Program-made: the position numbers and the translations under genes
The notes under the pieces: model-generated
Database searches by the model: none
Seen by the model: the letters and a program-made list of their open reading frames with translations, nothing else
Told to the model about the DNA's origin: nothing
Assembly: GCA_029856365.1 (NCBI GenBank)
Contig: JAHQWW010000024.1
Span: 1 to 45,502, forward strand
Length of the DNA: 45,502 bases
Source: Candidatus Hodarchaeota archaeon
GTDB taxonomy: Archaea > Asgardarchaeota > Heimdallarchaeia > Hodarchaeales > Hodarchaeaceae
Reading direction: 5' to 3'
Shown: positions 28,341 through 38,281 of the stretch, in pieces
Layout of the letters: each line of letters begins with the position of its first letter
Numbering within the stretch: position 1 is the stretch's first letter

Positions 28341-28994
28341 ATGACAAGCTCATTATCATGTAAATATCATCCATCAAGAACAGCAATGGACAAATGTGAA
28401 CAGTGTGGCGCCTTAATATGTTTAGATTGCAAAAAAATTCATAAAGTAACACACACGACTTCTTCCAGTTCATTTGATGATGATTTTCATAGCTCTGATA
28501 CATATACTACACGTCATATCTTCTGCCCATTGTGTTACTACGATAATATCGAGAAGGCAGGGACTAAAGGTCGATTTTTCCTAATTTGTCCAATTATATT
28601 CGTAATTATCTTTTTTGGTGTCGCTTTATTCATGTTTAGCTTTTTTCTTGAATTCATTGAAGACTGGAACAGTAGTGGTGGAGGAGATCTTCCCGGCCCC
28701 GGACCAGAAATATTCCTATTAGTTTTCCCTATTTTTTTGATTGTTCCAATAGCAATACTTATCTGTATGCTACGGAATTTTTTCATTGCGGCTCCACGCG
28801 CAGCACAACAAGCAAGAGTTGAACGTGAAGCATTCTTGCGAGAAATTGGCATGGAAAGTGGGTTTACTCCTAGAGATGAATTTCGAACTGATTCTTTTAA
28901 ACAATCAAGGAAATCATTTTTTTGTAAAACCTGTGGGGCGAGAATATCAGTTGATGAAGTATATTGTCCATTTTGTGGATCGTCCGTGGAATGA
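28341..28994 (+). CDS. 2-TM membrane protein with an N-terminal B-box-like Zn finger and a C-terminal zinc ribbon
   Basis: CKYHP..CEQCGALICLDC..CPLC; two TM helices; CKTCG..YCPFCG. Confidence 0.8.
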   Translation: MTSSLSCKYHPSRTAMDKCEQCGALICLDCKKIHKVTHTTSSSSFDDDFHSSDTYTTRHIFCPLCYYDNIEKAGTKGRFFLICPIIFVIIFFGVALFMFSFFLEFIEDWNSSGGGDLPGPGPEIFLLVFPIFLIVPIAILICMLRNFFIAAPRAAQQARVEREAFLREIGMESGFTPRDEFRTDSFKQSRKSFFCKTCGARISVDEVYCPFCGSSVE

Positions 28995-29120
28995 TTCTCT
29001 CTCTGAAAATTAAATGCATACATGATTCAGTACTTGAATGAAAGCAGTTTTGCGAATAATGGAGCATTGACAACTCCAAATATTCCTCCTTTGTTAATCC
29101 CAATATGATTAATAGAGCTT

Positions 29121-30305
29121 TCACATAACTTGTTGTAATATCCCTATTAATACATCTTTCTTCAATTTAATTGGATTATAATTCATACTTGAGGATTTTT
29201 TTGCTTTATCAACAATAGTGCGTATATCAGAATCAGTTAATCCGAAATCTGATAATGTAGGTATTTTTAACTCTTGGGTCAACTTTTTCAAGTAATCTAT
29301 TACCGCCTTATGGGCATCATCAATCGAAGTGAAGGATTTTTCTGACACCAACTCCCCTAATTTAGCATACTTTGTAAGTGTCACATTCTCAGGGTCAACC
29401 GCTTTTAATTGCTTAATATTTGCTTCTATTGTTGTTGCTAGGAGAGCTGCGCATATAACCCCGTGAGGAATCTGTAATCCTCCCATAGGAGAAGCAAAGC
29501 CATGTATAGCCCCCAAACCAGCGTTTGCTAAGCAAATTCCACTGAGTAAGGATGCCAAGGCCATATTTTCCCGTGCTTCCAATGATTGACCATTTCTATA
29601 ACAGGTGAGAAGAGATTTTGAGGCTTTTTTTACTCCCAATAAAGCCCAAGCATCTGTTAAAGGTTGGGATTTTTTTGATGTATAAGCTTCAATCAGTTGT
29701 GTTAAAGCATCCATTCCGCAAGTTGCTGTAACAGAAGGTGGAACTGTTTGCATTAACCTCGGATCTATGATTGCAATTTTCGGAATTAGAAGTGGACTAC
29801 GAATACTGGCTTTAAATTTCTCTTTCTCAGCTAAAATTACTGCATTCTTTGTTACTTCACTTCCTGTTCCTGCAGTTGTTGGGATTGCTATGATCGGTAA
29901 AGAAGGCTTAGTAATTACTGCCCCTTTTCCTATTACTTCCATATAATCTCTAGCTGATCCTCCGTTCGTGAATAAACCTGCAATTGCCTTACACGTATCA
30001 ATAGCACTACCCCCGCCAAGTCCCATAATTACATCTGTTTTGAATTCTTTCGCTTTCTGTACTCCAAAATCTACCGTTTCAATGGTTGGTTCTCCTTTAA
30101 TTAAATAGGTGTCGAACTTAAGATCTTGTTTTATTATTGAAACCGTGAAAGTTTCTCTTATTTCAGGGGAGTTTAACGCACTTCCACTTGCAACCACAAA
30201 TAATCGTGATCCGAATTCTTTCACAAGGGTACCAATATTATGAAACTGCTTAGGGCCAAAAAATATGCGAGGAGTAGGAAGAAACTCAAATTCCATGGTT
30301 TTCAC
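29121..30305 (-). CDS. Iron-containing alcohol dehydrogenase
   Basis: GLGGGSAID, IPTTAGTGSEVT, GMDALTQLIE, GLGAIHG, PHG. Confidence 0.95.
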   Translation of the reverse strand: MKTMEFEFLPTPRIFFGPKQFHNIGTLVKEFGSRLFVVASGSALNSPEIRETFTVSIIKQDLKFDTYLIKGEPTIETVDFGVQKAKEFKTDVIMGLGGGSAIDTCKAIAGLFTNGGSARDYMEVIGKGAVITKPSLPIIAIPTTAGTGSEVTKNAVILAEKEKFKASIRSPLLIPKIAIIDPRLMQTVPPSVTATCGMDALTQLIEAYTSKKSQPLTDAWALLGVKKASKSLLTCYRNGQSLEARENMALASLLSGICLANAGLGAIHGFASPMGGLQIPHGVICAALLATTIEANIKQLKAVDPENVTLTKYAKLGELVSEKSFTSIDDAHKAVIDYLKKLTQELKIPTLSDFGLTDSDIRTIVDKAKKSSSMNYNPIKLKKDVLIGILQQVM

Positions 30306-30623
30306 CTATTTTGATTGAAAAGCTTCTTCAATCTCTGGGAAGAGATTCTTATGTTTGATGCCTTCACGGGGTTTCGCCATCATTTCTTCAACAGTTTCTC
30401 GCCATTTTTTGTAATGAGTGGTGGCCTTATGATCATCCATGCCACTTTCATCGCGATAGACCTCATACAAGAAGAAACGGTCAAGGTCATCTAAACCTTG
30501 TAAAACATCAAAACGTAAGTTCTTAGGTTCTTTCCTTGTATTTCTAGCATTCTCAAATGTAGCCTCTATAAACGCATCTCGGTATTCAGGTTTAACAAAA
30601 ACACTTACACATACAATAAACAC
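30306..30623 (-). CDS. Antibiotic biosynthesis monooxygenase (ABM/LsrG-like) family protein
   Basis: EPKNLRFDVLQ, FFLYEVY, HKATTHYKKWR. Confidence 0.9.
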   Translation of the reverse strand: MFIVCVSVFVKPEYRDAFIEATFENARNTRKEPKNLRFDVLQGLDDLDRFFLYEVYRDESGMDDHKATTHYKKWRETVEEMMAKPREGIKHKNLFPEIEEAFQSK

Positions 30624-30741
30624 ATTCTAAACCTCCAAGAAGTACTAAAGAAGATAATTGTAGGAATTATTATGAGGATTTCTGACCCCAATTCATCATT
30701 GTCGTAATTCTGAATAATAAGAAAAGAAGCTGAAAAAACAC

Positions 30742-31878
30742 TTAATCTTTGATTAAAAAATCATCTAATCGATCACGTGCTTTTTCTCGTTCTAGCCTAT
30801 GATTTTCAAGGAACGTATTGACTTTATCTATCAAAATGGCTTTTAATTCCCCAGTGAGTAAATCTCCATTTCTGTAATCTTCTTCTAATGTTTTAAGCTT
30901 TTTATCGTCCTCTTCAAAGAGGATTTTTAACCATTGAAAACTGACGTCAACATCTGGGTCGCCCCCTTTCTTCCGATGTTCCGCGATAGATACTTGACCC
31001 CCAGAAAATGCATATTTAACAATCTTCTTTTCAACAGTCTCAGGGTCATCGGTCACATACACTGTTTGAGTAGGATCAGAAGCAGACATCTTACCTTCAG
31101 GCCCACCAAGAGCAGGAAGGAACGAACATTGAATACTGGCAGGTTTATAGTATCCTAACCGTGGGAGGACATCTCGAGCCAACCTGAAATGGGGATCTTG
31201 ATCTATCGCGTGTGGAATGAGGCAGGGGACATTTCTTCCCTGCCTAACACTTTCCAAAACTGCAGGGACGGCTTGAATGCTTGTGTAAAATACACTTCCA
31301 ATATTGATGGAATTATCAAATCCAAATGAAGCTTTAACTGTTGAATAAGTAATTTTTTTAGCAATGGGAAGAGCAATGTTATAGAAGGTTTGAGCATTAT
31401 CTGTATCAATAACGATTTCAGTATTTTTAGGATCAAAACCTAAGGCAATCACATCACAAGCATTTTCGATTGCAAAGGAATAAGTATCTTCCTTACTTAA
31501 TTTTTCTTCAAATAGAAATTTCTCATCATCTGTCAGTTGGAAAATGAACTTAACTTTGAATTTATCCTGCAACCATTTAGTAAAAACCCAAGGTACCAAA
31601 TGACCAATATGAATGTCCTCTGAAGGCCCCCTACCAGTGTAAAGATGGAATTTATTTCCTTTTTCCCATTGATCTAAAATGAAATTCATATCTCGATGGG
31701 TAAAAAAGGTTCCACGGCGTAACATATAGTGTAGTTCTCCAGTATGCTTTTTTATTCTTTCAAGGAGAGGCTCATCTATTGGTTCTGTTCCGAATCGTTC
31801 CATTAGTTTATCGTAGTCTACTCTTCCATGAACTTCCCATGGTGTGACAACGAAATCATTTTCATCTTCTTTAGTCAT
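30742..31878 (-). CDS. trpS: Tryptophan--tRNA ligase, archaeal/eukaryotic type
   Basis: VTPWEV, YTGRGPS, HIGH, TDDEKFL, AIDQDPHFR, KMSAS, AFSGG. Confidence 0.98.
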   Translation of the reverse strand: MTKEDENDFVVTPWEVHGRVDYDKLMERFGTEPIDEPLLERIKKHTGELHYMLRRGTFFTHRDMNFILDQWEKGNKFHLYTGRGPSEDIHIGHLVPWVFTKWLQDKFKVKFIFQLTDDEKFLFEEKLSKEDTYSFAIENACDVIALGFDPKNTEIVIDTDNAQTFYNIALPIAKKITYSTVKASFGFDNSINIGSVFYTSIQAVPAVLESVRQGRNVPCLIPHAIDQDPHFRLARDVLPRLGYYKPASIQCSFLPALGGPEGKMSASDPTQTVYVTDDPETVEKKIVKYAFSGGQVSIAEHRKKGGDPDVDVSFQWLKILFEEDDKKLKTLEEDYRNGDLLTGELKAILIDKVNTFLENHRLEREKARDRLDDFLIKD

Positions 31879-32231
31879 TTTTTAGGAACTCCTGAGTTTA
31901 AACATGGTTGATTTATTTAAAAAATGGACGAAATATTGCTCTAGAGCTTTTCCTAGACAATTCACAAGGAAAGAGATTTGCAATAAATAGTATATTGATC
32001 TTCTTTACACATAGGCTGCATACTCCTCTCATAGAAAAATGTCTTCGAAAAAGATAGTAAAATCTAAAGAGTATGCTCAACTTTATCTTTTTTGAATCGA
32101 AAAAAAGTGCTGGTGGTCGTCCACTAGCGACAAATTCCATTGGTAGAGCATTCTCATCTCCAAGTGGTTGGTTTCACTTCTTATATTAAAATCTTATCAA
32201 TGGGATTTAGCAGATAATATGAAATCAAGAT

Positions 32232-32759
32232 GTGAAATTACATATTGGTTATTTTGAGGGGAAAATAGTGCCAGTTAACTTAAACATATTAGTGGATCCT
32301 GATGTTTCTCACTTCTTGACAATGGAACTTGACCAGCATTTAATGGAGGTATTTCCTGTTACCAACATTGATGTACTTGAATCAGTCAAACTTCCCATTA
32401 CCTGTTGGAATAAATCTCGACGTCAGTATAATGCCCATTGTCTGTTAGCTTTTGCAGCATCCCATAACAGCAGTGGAATCGTAATGTTAATATTTTCTAA
32501 AGATGCATTTGTATCAGGTTTGAATTTTGTTTTTGGGGTCGCATCTAGAGGTGTCGGTGCTGTTGTCTCGATTTATAGACTTGAAAATGACCCAGGCTTT
32601 TTGAAGAAAGAAGTTACTCACGAATTGGGGCATGTATTTGGGCTCGAGCATTGTACTCTTCCTTGCGTCATGACTTTTTCAAATAGCGTTTGGGAAGCTA
32701 GACTCAAGAGTAGTGCGTTCTGTGAAAAATGTTCGAGACAACTAAAACAAGCTTTTTGA
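32232..32759 (+). CDS. amzA: Archaemetzincin (M54 zinc metalloprotease)
   Basis: RRQY, LNFVFG, HELGHVFGLEHC, CVMTFSNS, FCEKC. Confidence 0.9.
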   Translation: MKLHIGYFEGKIVPVNLNILVDPDVSHFLTMELDQHLMEVFPVTNIDVLESVKLPITCWNKSRRQYNAHCLLAFAASHNSSGIVMLIFSKDAFVSGLNFVFGVASRGVGAVVSIYRLENDPGFLKKEVTHELGHVFGLEHCTLPCVMTFSNSVWEARLKSSAFCEKCSRQLKQAF

Positions 32760-32777
32760 GAAGTACTTAAATGGAGA

Positions 32778-33293
32778 TTGTTTCTAAAAGGAGATAAAGA
32801 AAAGGGAAATCTAATGAAAGATCTAGAAGTTTTTAATCAAGTTTTAACCCAGGCCTATAAAAGAATGCATTGTTATACTTGTGCAGAGGCATCCTTACAA
32901 GCTTTGCTGACCCTATGGAATCTGCCTCTTGAGGACTATTCTTGGGCCACTGGGGGGTATCTTGGAGCCATTCTTTCAGGGGAAACTACTTGTGGGCTTC
33001 TAATCGGCAGTACCATTGCTATTGGCTTTCGTTGTGGGAAAGAAAAAAGAAAAATACCTGAAAAATGCGAAGAGGAAAGAAATATAGCTATCCAAGTAGT
33101 AGGTGAATTATATACGGACTTCTTGGAAGAATTTGGATCAACTAAATGTAAAGAATTAAGCAATGTAGACTTTAAAAAAGGCGAAGAAATTGCTAACTAT
33201 TTAGCAACGAAAGGGTGGAGACAGACCTGTGACAGATTTTTAGATTTTATTATGAGAAAATGTGTATCAATGACAGAAGAAGGAAAATTTTAG
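32778..33293 (+). CDS. C-GCAxxG-C-C family putative redox protein (start probably ATG at 32814)
   Basis: TCAEA, TCGLLIG, FGSTKCKEL, TC; family Cys spacing. Confidence 0.8.
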   Translation: MFLKGDKEKGNLMKDLEVFNQVLTQAYKRMHCYTCAEASLQALLTLWNLPLEDYSWATGGYLGAILSGETTCGLLIGSTIAIGFRCGKEKRKIPEKCEEERNIAIQVVGELYTDFLEEFGSTKCKELSNVDFKKGEEIANYLATKGWRQTCDRFLDFIMRKCVSMTEEGKF

Positions 33294-34039
33294 AATTTCT
33301 TAATAGCTTCCTCCAATTGTTTTCGAGCCTCAGCAGAAAACCAGTGCTTTAAGAAAGATTGTTCTTTTTCTGTTAAATATTTCAGTATCTGAGCTTCAAC
33401 AATCTCTATCCGATTATGTTTGATCGTAACGAAAGCTTCTTGTGGTAATGAGCCCAAGAATTTCGCTTTCTCGATCGCTTCACTTTGAACTAGCTCTAAT
33501 GGAACTACTTTATTGACCATACCCATTTGAAGTAATTTTTCAGACGGATAGAAGTCACCAGTATATGTTATCTCCTGAGCATTCCGTGCTCCAACAATCT
33601 GACGTAAAATACAATCACCAGGATATGGTACAGGAACCCCAAGCTTGATTTCATTGAGTCCCATGAGTTTACGCCCTTCACTTATGATTCGATAGTCACA
33701 ACAGAGGGCTAAGATGCAACCACCAGCTATTGCATGTCCAGTTATTGCTGCAATTGTGGGTTTAGGAAAAGAGAACAAATCTAGACAGAGTCGATTGTAT
33801 GATCGATAAAAAACCATGAAATCTTCTGGAGAAAGCTTAATTAACTCTGGAATATCAAACCCGATAGCAAAAAACTTATCATTTGAACCAGAAATTACAA
33901 TACTACGAATATCTGGATCTTGTCTTATTTTCTGGAGATTTCTGGTCAGTTCATTAACTAATTCGAGATTTATTGCATTTGTGATCCCTCTAGTTAACTT
34001 GAGTACCCCAACAGTTTCAAAGACCTCTATACTAATCAT
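33290..34039 (-). CDS. Enoyl-CoA hydratase/isomerase family protein (Delta3-Delta2 isomerase-like)
   Basis: FFAIGFDI, PKPTIAAITGHAIAGGCILALCCDYR, GLNEIKLG. Confidence 0.93.
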   Translation of the reverse strand: MISIEVFETVGVLKLTRGITNAINLELVNELTRNLQKIRQDPDIRSIVISGSNDKFFAIGFDIPELIKLSPEDFMVFYRSYNRLCLDLFSFPKPTIAAITGHAIAGGCILALCCDYRIISEGRKLMGLNEIKLGVPVPYPGDCILRQIVGARNAQEITYTGDFYPSEKLLQMGMVNKVVPLELVQSEAIEKAKFLGSLPQEAFVTIKHNRIEIVEAQILKYLTEKEQSFLKHWFSAEARKQLEEAIKKF

Positions 34040-34205
34040 CTTAGGTTACCAACTCTTAGATATAGATGTTATAAATCCAAGATTGCACAAATCTACATTT
34101 TCAAAAACTGTTCGGTAATGGCATTTTGAATGATCATCCCTAGAAATTCAAGTGATTTCTTTTTAAAAGAGAATTTCTCTCTCCACAAGGCTTTGATAAT
34201 GCCAT

Positions 34206-35279
34206 TTATAAAGCAAAACTTAGCTTTTGTTTATACCATGGGTTTTCTAACACAAAATTCCCAAATTTCTTCATCGACTCAGATAGAGTGACGGTATATT
34301 TGAAACCAGTCTTTCTAATCTTACTATCATCTACCCAAATATCTTGTCCAAGTTTATCGAATAAAAATGGAATCAAAATTGAATTTTCTTTTGCTTTCTT
34401 TATTTTTCGAATAAGACGGGCTAAATAATAACATGGTCTGAATATAAATAATGGAATAGATATGATTGACACCTTTTGCTTTTGTAAGGCTTGGCCTAAT
34501 TCTTGAACAACCTCACGAAGTGTCGGAGTGTAACTAACGACGTTATATACCTCTCCATTACCTTTTTGAAAATCGGAAAGAAAAACAATAGCACGCGCAA
34601 CATCTTGAGTATCAACAAGGCTTATCTTATCTCTCCCTCCGCGAGGTAAAGGAACAAAACGACCAATGAACATTCTTGAGAACATATCTAACGTAGAACT
34701 AGAGCCTCCAATAATTCCAGATGGACGGAGAATTGTTATCAACTTTTGAGGATGGTTAAATTGATACTCTTTAACAAGCTCTTCTCCCAGAGCTTTTGTG
34801 AGTTCATAATTCTTTTTCATGTTCAAGTCAATCGGATGATCTTCTTTGATCCCCTGCCCATCAGTTCCGTTCATTTCACCATAAACAGCAACCGAGGAGA
34901 GATAAATTAGTTTCTTTATTCCATTCTTATGAAAAGCTTGAAGAATTCTCTCCGTTCCATTCACATTAACATCATATAGGAGCTCGTAGGGCTGCCATAA
35001 ATTAAATATTGCTCCACAGTGTATCAATATAGATGATTCGGGATCGGGTACTTGGGTAAAAGTTATCCCATCTTCAAGACTTCTCAGATCGCCAGAGAAC
35101 ATGTCAATCTTTTTTTCCTCACACCACCTTAGAAATTGCTGTCTATGGTGATTTCCCTTTTTTTCACGAATTAATAAACGTATTTTGTAAGGTTTTTTGC
35201 CGTAAAATGTTTCACTAAGTAAATAGCGAACTAGGGCTTGCCCAACTAAACCTGTACTACCTGTAATCAATAAAGTCAC
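34206..35279 (-). CDS. Extended SDR NAD-dependent epimerase/dehydratase
   Basis: TGSTGLVG, NVNGT, SSVAVYG, YELTK, LRPSGI. Confidence 0.92.
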   Translation of the reverse strand: MTLLITGSTGLVGQALVRYLLSETFYGKKPYKIRLLIREKKGNHHRQQFLRWCEEKKIDMFSGDLRSLEDGITFTQVPDPESSILIHCGAIFNLWQPYELLYDVNVNGTERILQAFHKNGIKKLIYLSSVAVYGEMNGTDGQGIKEDHPIDLNMKKNYELTKALGEELVKEYQFNHPQKLITILRPSGIIGGSSSTLDMFSRMFIGRFVPLPRGGRDKISLVDTQDVARAIVFLSDFQKGNGEVYNVVSYTPTLREVVQELGQALQKQKVSIISIPLFIFRPCYYLARLIRKIKKAKENSILIPFLFDKLGQDIWVDDSKIRKTGFKYTVTLSESMKKFGNFVLENPWYKQKLSFAL

Positions 35280-35386
35280 TTATCAACCCTCAAAATTAAT
35301 ATACATAATTTGTTAGGATTTTTCAATAAAAAAACCCAAAAATATTAAGACGGTATAAATAGGTTCATTAGTTAGAGGAAGATAAA

Positions 35387-35854
35387 ATGCATGAGTCTAC
35401 TCGTGAAGGGAACAAAAGATTGGTTCAGAAATGCAAACAACTAGTTGTTTCTATTAGAAGTGATCCCCTGCTGAGTCTGGTTATCTTTCAGTTTTTCATT
35501 TTTGGAATAATTGGTCTAGCAGGATTCGTGGGTTGTTTGTTGTCTCTAATTTTGCAGCTATCCGCTCCAGGTTATTTAAATTATATAACAGATCATCTCG
35601 AACACTGGACAACCAATTTTTCTTGGTGGGGAGTGTTAAGCTTGTGTGTAGGGATCATAAGTTTTGCAGCAGCTATTTTGATCAGAAAAAATGATATAAT
35701 AGGAGCTAGTGTGGGATTATTTGCTTTTCTATTAGGTTTTGTGACAAATATGACCGTTGCTCGTAATCCCCCCGCTCATATTGCTGTAGGAGCCATCGTT
35801 GGTTGGATTTTAATAATTCCCACTGTATTTTACTTAATTAGACAGAAAAAATAA
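35387..35854 (+). CDS. 4-TM hypothetical membrane protein
   Basis: Four hydrophobic segments; GAGG upstream of the ATG. Confidence 0.7.
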   Translation: MHESTREGNKRLVQKCKQLVVSIRSDPLLSLVIFQFFIFGIIGLAGFVGCLLSLILQLSAPGYLNYITDHLEHWTTNFSWWGVLSLCVGIISFAAAILIRKNDIIGASVGLFAFLLGFVTNMTVARNPPAHIAVGAIVGWILIIPTVFYLIRQKK

Positions 35855-35918
35855 TTAAAAAACATCTATATTTTAAGGATGAAAATATCTTAAGAAATAT
35901 TACATATGTCCCTTTATT

Positions 35919-36950
35919 ATGTTCAATCCTGGAAATATTGGTTTATTAAAGCTGCAGAATCGTTTCATTCGTTCTGCTACAGCTGAATTTATGGCAAACG
36001 ATGAGAATGGTACGGTAACTAAAGAATATCATTCCTTGTACTTAAATCTAGCATTAGGGGATATTGGCCTTATAATCCAAGGGCATCTTTATGTTATGGA
36101 TGAGGGGAAGGCTCACAAACACATGGCTGGTATTGCACATGATGCTCATATTGTTGGTTTAAGACAAATTACTAAACTAGTTCATGAAGCAGGGAGTTTG
36201 ATAGCTGCTCAATTGAACCATGGAGGGGCTTTTTCAGTGAGTACTAAGACCGCTTCACCCCGAGAGGATAAAGAAATCAAAGTTATGAGTGAAGAGGACA
36301 TCGAAAACGTCGTTAATGGATTTGGAGAGGCAGCTTTACGAGCAAAAAAAGCTGGTTATGATGCAATTCAAATTCACTCCGCTCATGGATATTTGTTAAG
36401 CCAGTTCCTCTCTAATAAAACAAATAAGCGAACTGATTCTTGGGGTGGAAGTTTGGAGAATAGAGCGCATTTCTTATTATCAGTATATCAGGAGATAAGA
36501 TCGGCAGTTGGGTCTAATTATCCAGTATTAGTAAAAATGAATGGATCAGATGATCCCTTGGAAGGTTTCACGGCAGGAGAAGGGTCTAAAGTGGCGAGTT
36601 GGCTAGCTAACGAAGGACTTGATGCTATTGAAATAAGTGGAATGAGATCTACTCGTACAGTTAAACCTGAAAGAGAAGCATATTTCGCACCTACAGCTAG
36701 AATAATCAAACAACATATTGGTGACATGCCACTTGCATTGGTTGGAGGACTTCGTTCTTTGGCCCAAATGCAAGAACTTCGGGGGGAATTTGTCAGCTTT
36801 ATTTCGATGTGTCGTCCTTTTATCAGAGAACCTAATCTCGTACAGAAGTTCAAGTCAGGAAAGAAAAGAAGCGATTGTATCTCCTGTAATCAATGTTATA
36901 AAGCGCGTAATATTACTAAATGCTTTGAAAAAAACAATAATGACCTCTGA
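35919..36950 (+). CDS. NADH:flavin oxidoreductase (Old Yellow Enzyme family)
   Basis: NRFIRSAT, AQLNHGG, AGYDAIQIHSAHGYLLSQFLS..NKRTDSWGGSLENR, CRPFIREP, CISCNQC. Confidence 0.95.
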   Translation: MFNPGNIGLLKLQNRFIRSATAEFMANDENGTVTKEYHSLYLNLALGDIGLIIQGHLYVMDEGKAHKHMAGIAHDAHIVGLRQITKLVHEAGSLIAAQLNHGGAFSVSTKTASPREDKEIKVMSEEDIENVVNGFGEAALRAKKAGYDAIQIHSAHGYLLSQFLSNKTNKRTDSWGGSLENRAHFLLSVYQEIRSAVGSNYPVLVKMNGSDDPLEGFTAGEGSKVASWLANEGLDAIEISGMRSTRTVKPEREAYFAPTARIIKQHIGDMPLALVGGLRSLAQMQELRGEFVSFISMCRPFIREPNLVQKFKSGKKRSDCISCNQCYKARNITKCFEKNNNDL

Positions 36951-37004
36951 TTAACATTTTTCAAATCTATTAAGAGATATTAATAATTTTAATATTTAAT
37001 TTAC

Positions 37005-37664
37005 TTACATAAACAAAATGACAAAACCTATTAGAATAAATAATAGACCACAAATGATATCAATCTTATCTCTAGGAATTTTGGTGGCCAATTTCTCACC
37101 AGCATATACCCCTATCCCATTTACCAAAGATAAAGCAAACACAGCTCCAAATAAAACTCCCCAAGGATCAAATTGAGTTGCCAAACCAACTCCCATTAAC
37201 ATCGTTTTGTCACCTAATTCGGCTAAAAACATGAAAGTAATTGAGCCAATGAATCCTCCTTTCTGAATGACCGTTTTCAGATAAATATCACAGTGTTCCA
37301 TATCTGGGCAATTTTCATGAGGTTTATTACAGAATTCTAGATCAACTGGACATATTTTGATCGGCCTATCATGGTGTTTTCGGAATTGAATAAATAAAAA
37401 TATTAGTCCCCCAAGAATGAAAAGAATACCTATAATTGGTTTTAAAAAGGAGACTTCAATAGTATTTTTCATTATTATACCGATAATTATAGCAATTATC
37501 GTAACTCCAGTTAAACCAAAAATAGCTCCAAAAAACACTTTTAATGGACTTCGATATTTCATACTTAAAGCAAAGGCAGTTAATTGAGTTTTATCTCCCA
37601 TTTCCATGATAAAAACAGCTGAAAAAGATAATAAAAGTGCTTGAGCTATTTTAATCAATGTCAT
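37005..37664 (-). CDS. TMEM165/GDT1 (UPF0016) Ca2+/Mn2+ transporter family protein with a Cys/His-rich central loop
   Basis: Two family motifs, EMGDKTQL and ELGDKTML; 6 TM. Confidence 0.92.
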   Translation of the reverse strand: MTLIKIAQALLLSFSAVFIMEMGDKTQLTAFALSMKYRSPLKVFFGAIFGLTGVTIIAIIIGIIMKNTIEVSFLKPIIGILFILGGLIFLFIQFRKHHDRPIKICPVDLEFCNKPHENCPDMEHCDIYLKTVIQKGGFIGSITFMFLAELGDKTMLMGVGLATQFDPWGVLFGAVFALSLVNGIGVYAGEKLATKIPRDKIDIICGLLFILIGFVILFM

Positions 37665-37756
37665 TTGGGTTAATTTCCTAAATAAATCTCAAGCTGAACT
37701 ACACATTAAAACCCTAAATAAAATTATTGTAATAGAATTTATATTCGGTGAATTTT

Positions 37757-37906
37757 ATGTGTCAATGGTGTGTTGAGCACACTGTACGAAAATTTTGGTA
37801 TTTGGAGCCCTTAAACAATCCTTTAGGAACGATAAACAAGTTTCTTGGTCTGTTAATTTTGCTTTTTGAAATAGTCTTAGGAGGATGGTTATTATTTTAT
37901 TCATAG
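37757..37906 (+). CDS. 49-aa ORF with CxxCxxH and a C-terminal hydrophobic helix (microprotein or gene remnant)
   Basis: MCQWCVEHTVRKFWYLEPLNNPLGTINKFLGLLILLFEIVLGGWLLFYS; GGTGA SD-like sequence upstream; below the ORF-track cutoff. Confidence 0.4.
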   Translation: MCQWCVEHTVRKFWYLEPLNNPLGTINKFLGLLILLFEIVLGGWLLFYS

Positions 37907-38281
37907 ATCATCCACTAGCGGATGTGGCTGAGAGTGAATTGATACCAATATTAATTATAATTTTGCCTCGAATGATGATGAAACTAACTGATTGGTTGAA
38001 TCTAGGAAAATTTATCCTTATTGCCTTTAAAAATTCAGATTATTAAGAGTGATCAAAATTAAGAATAATAAGAATTTCCGAATTTTTTGATTTGAAATTT
38101 ATGGAAAGCTGGCTTTAACAATTATAATAAACGTTTGAGGCATCATTTTTTTGAAATAGGATCCCCTTCTATATAATTTTTAAATTTGAATTCACAAATT
38201 ACTTGGTAAGAAAAGTAGTATGAAATTATTGTAGTATACTATAATGTAATAATACTTATTTTTGACAACCCTTTTGACTTA

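Noticed and set aside
29121-30305. Fe-ADH with Gln in place of one metal-ligand His (DALTQ)
   Set aside because: As far as I know this substitution is common in one Fe-ADH subfamily, so it is not evidence of novelty
31913-32140. 75-aa ORF upstream of trpS as a leader peptide
   Set aside because: Contains no Trp codons and has a composition typical of AT-rich non-coding DNA
32120-37920. TCCACTAGCG occurring in two intergenic regions (32120 and 37911)
   Set aside because: A single 10-mer match is expected by chance in 45 kb; the flanks do not align
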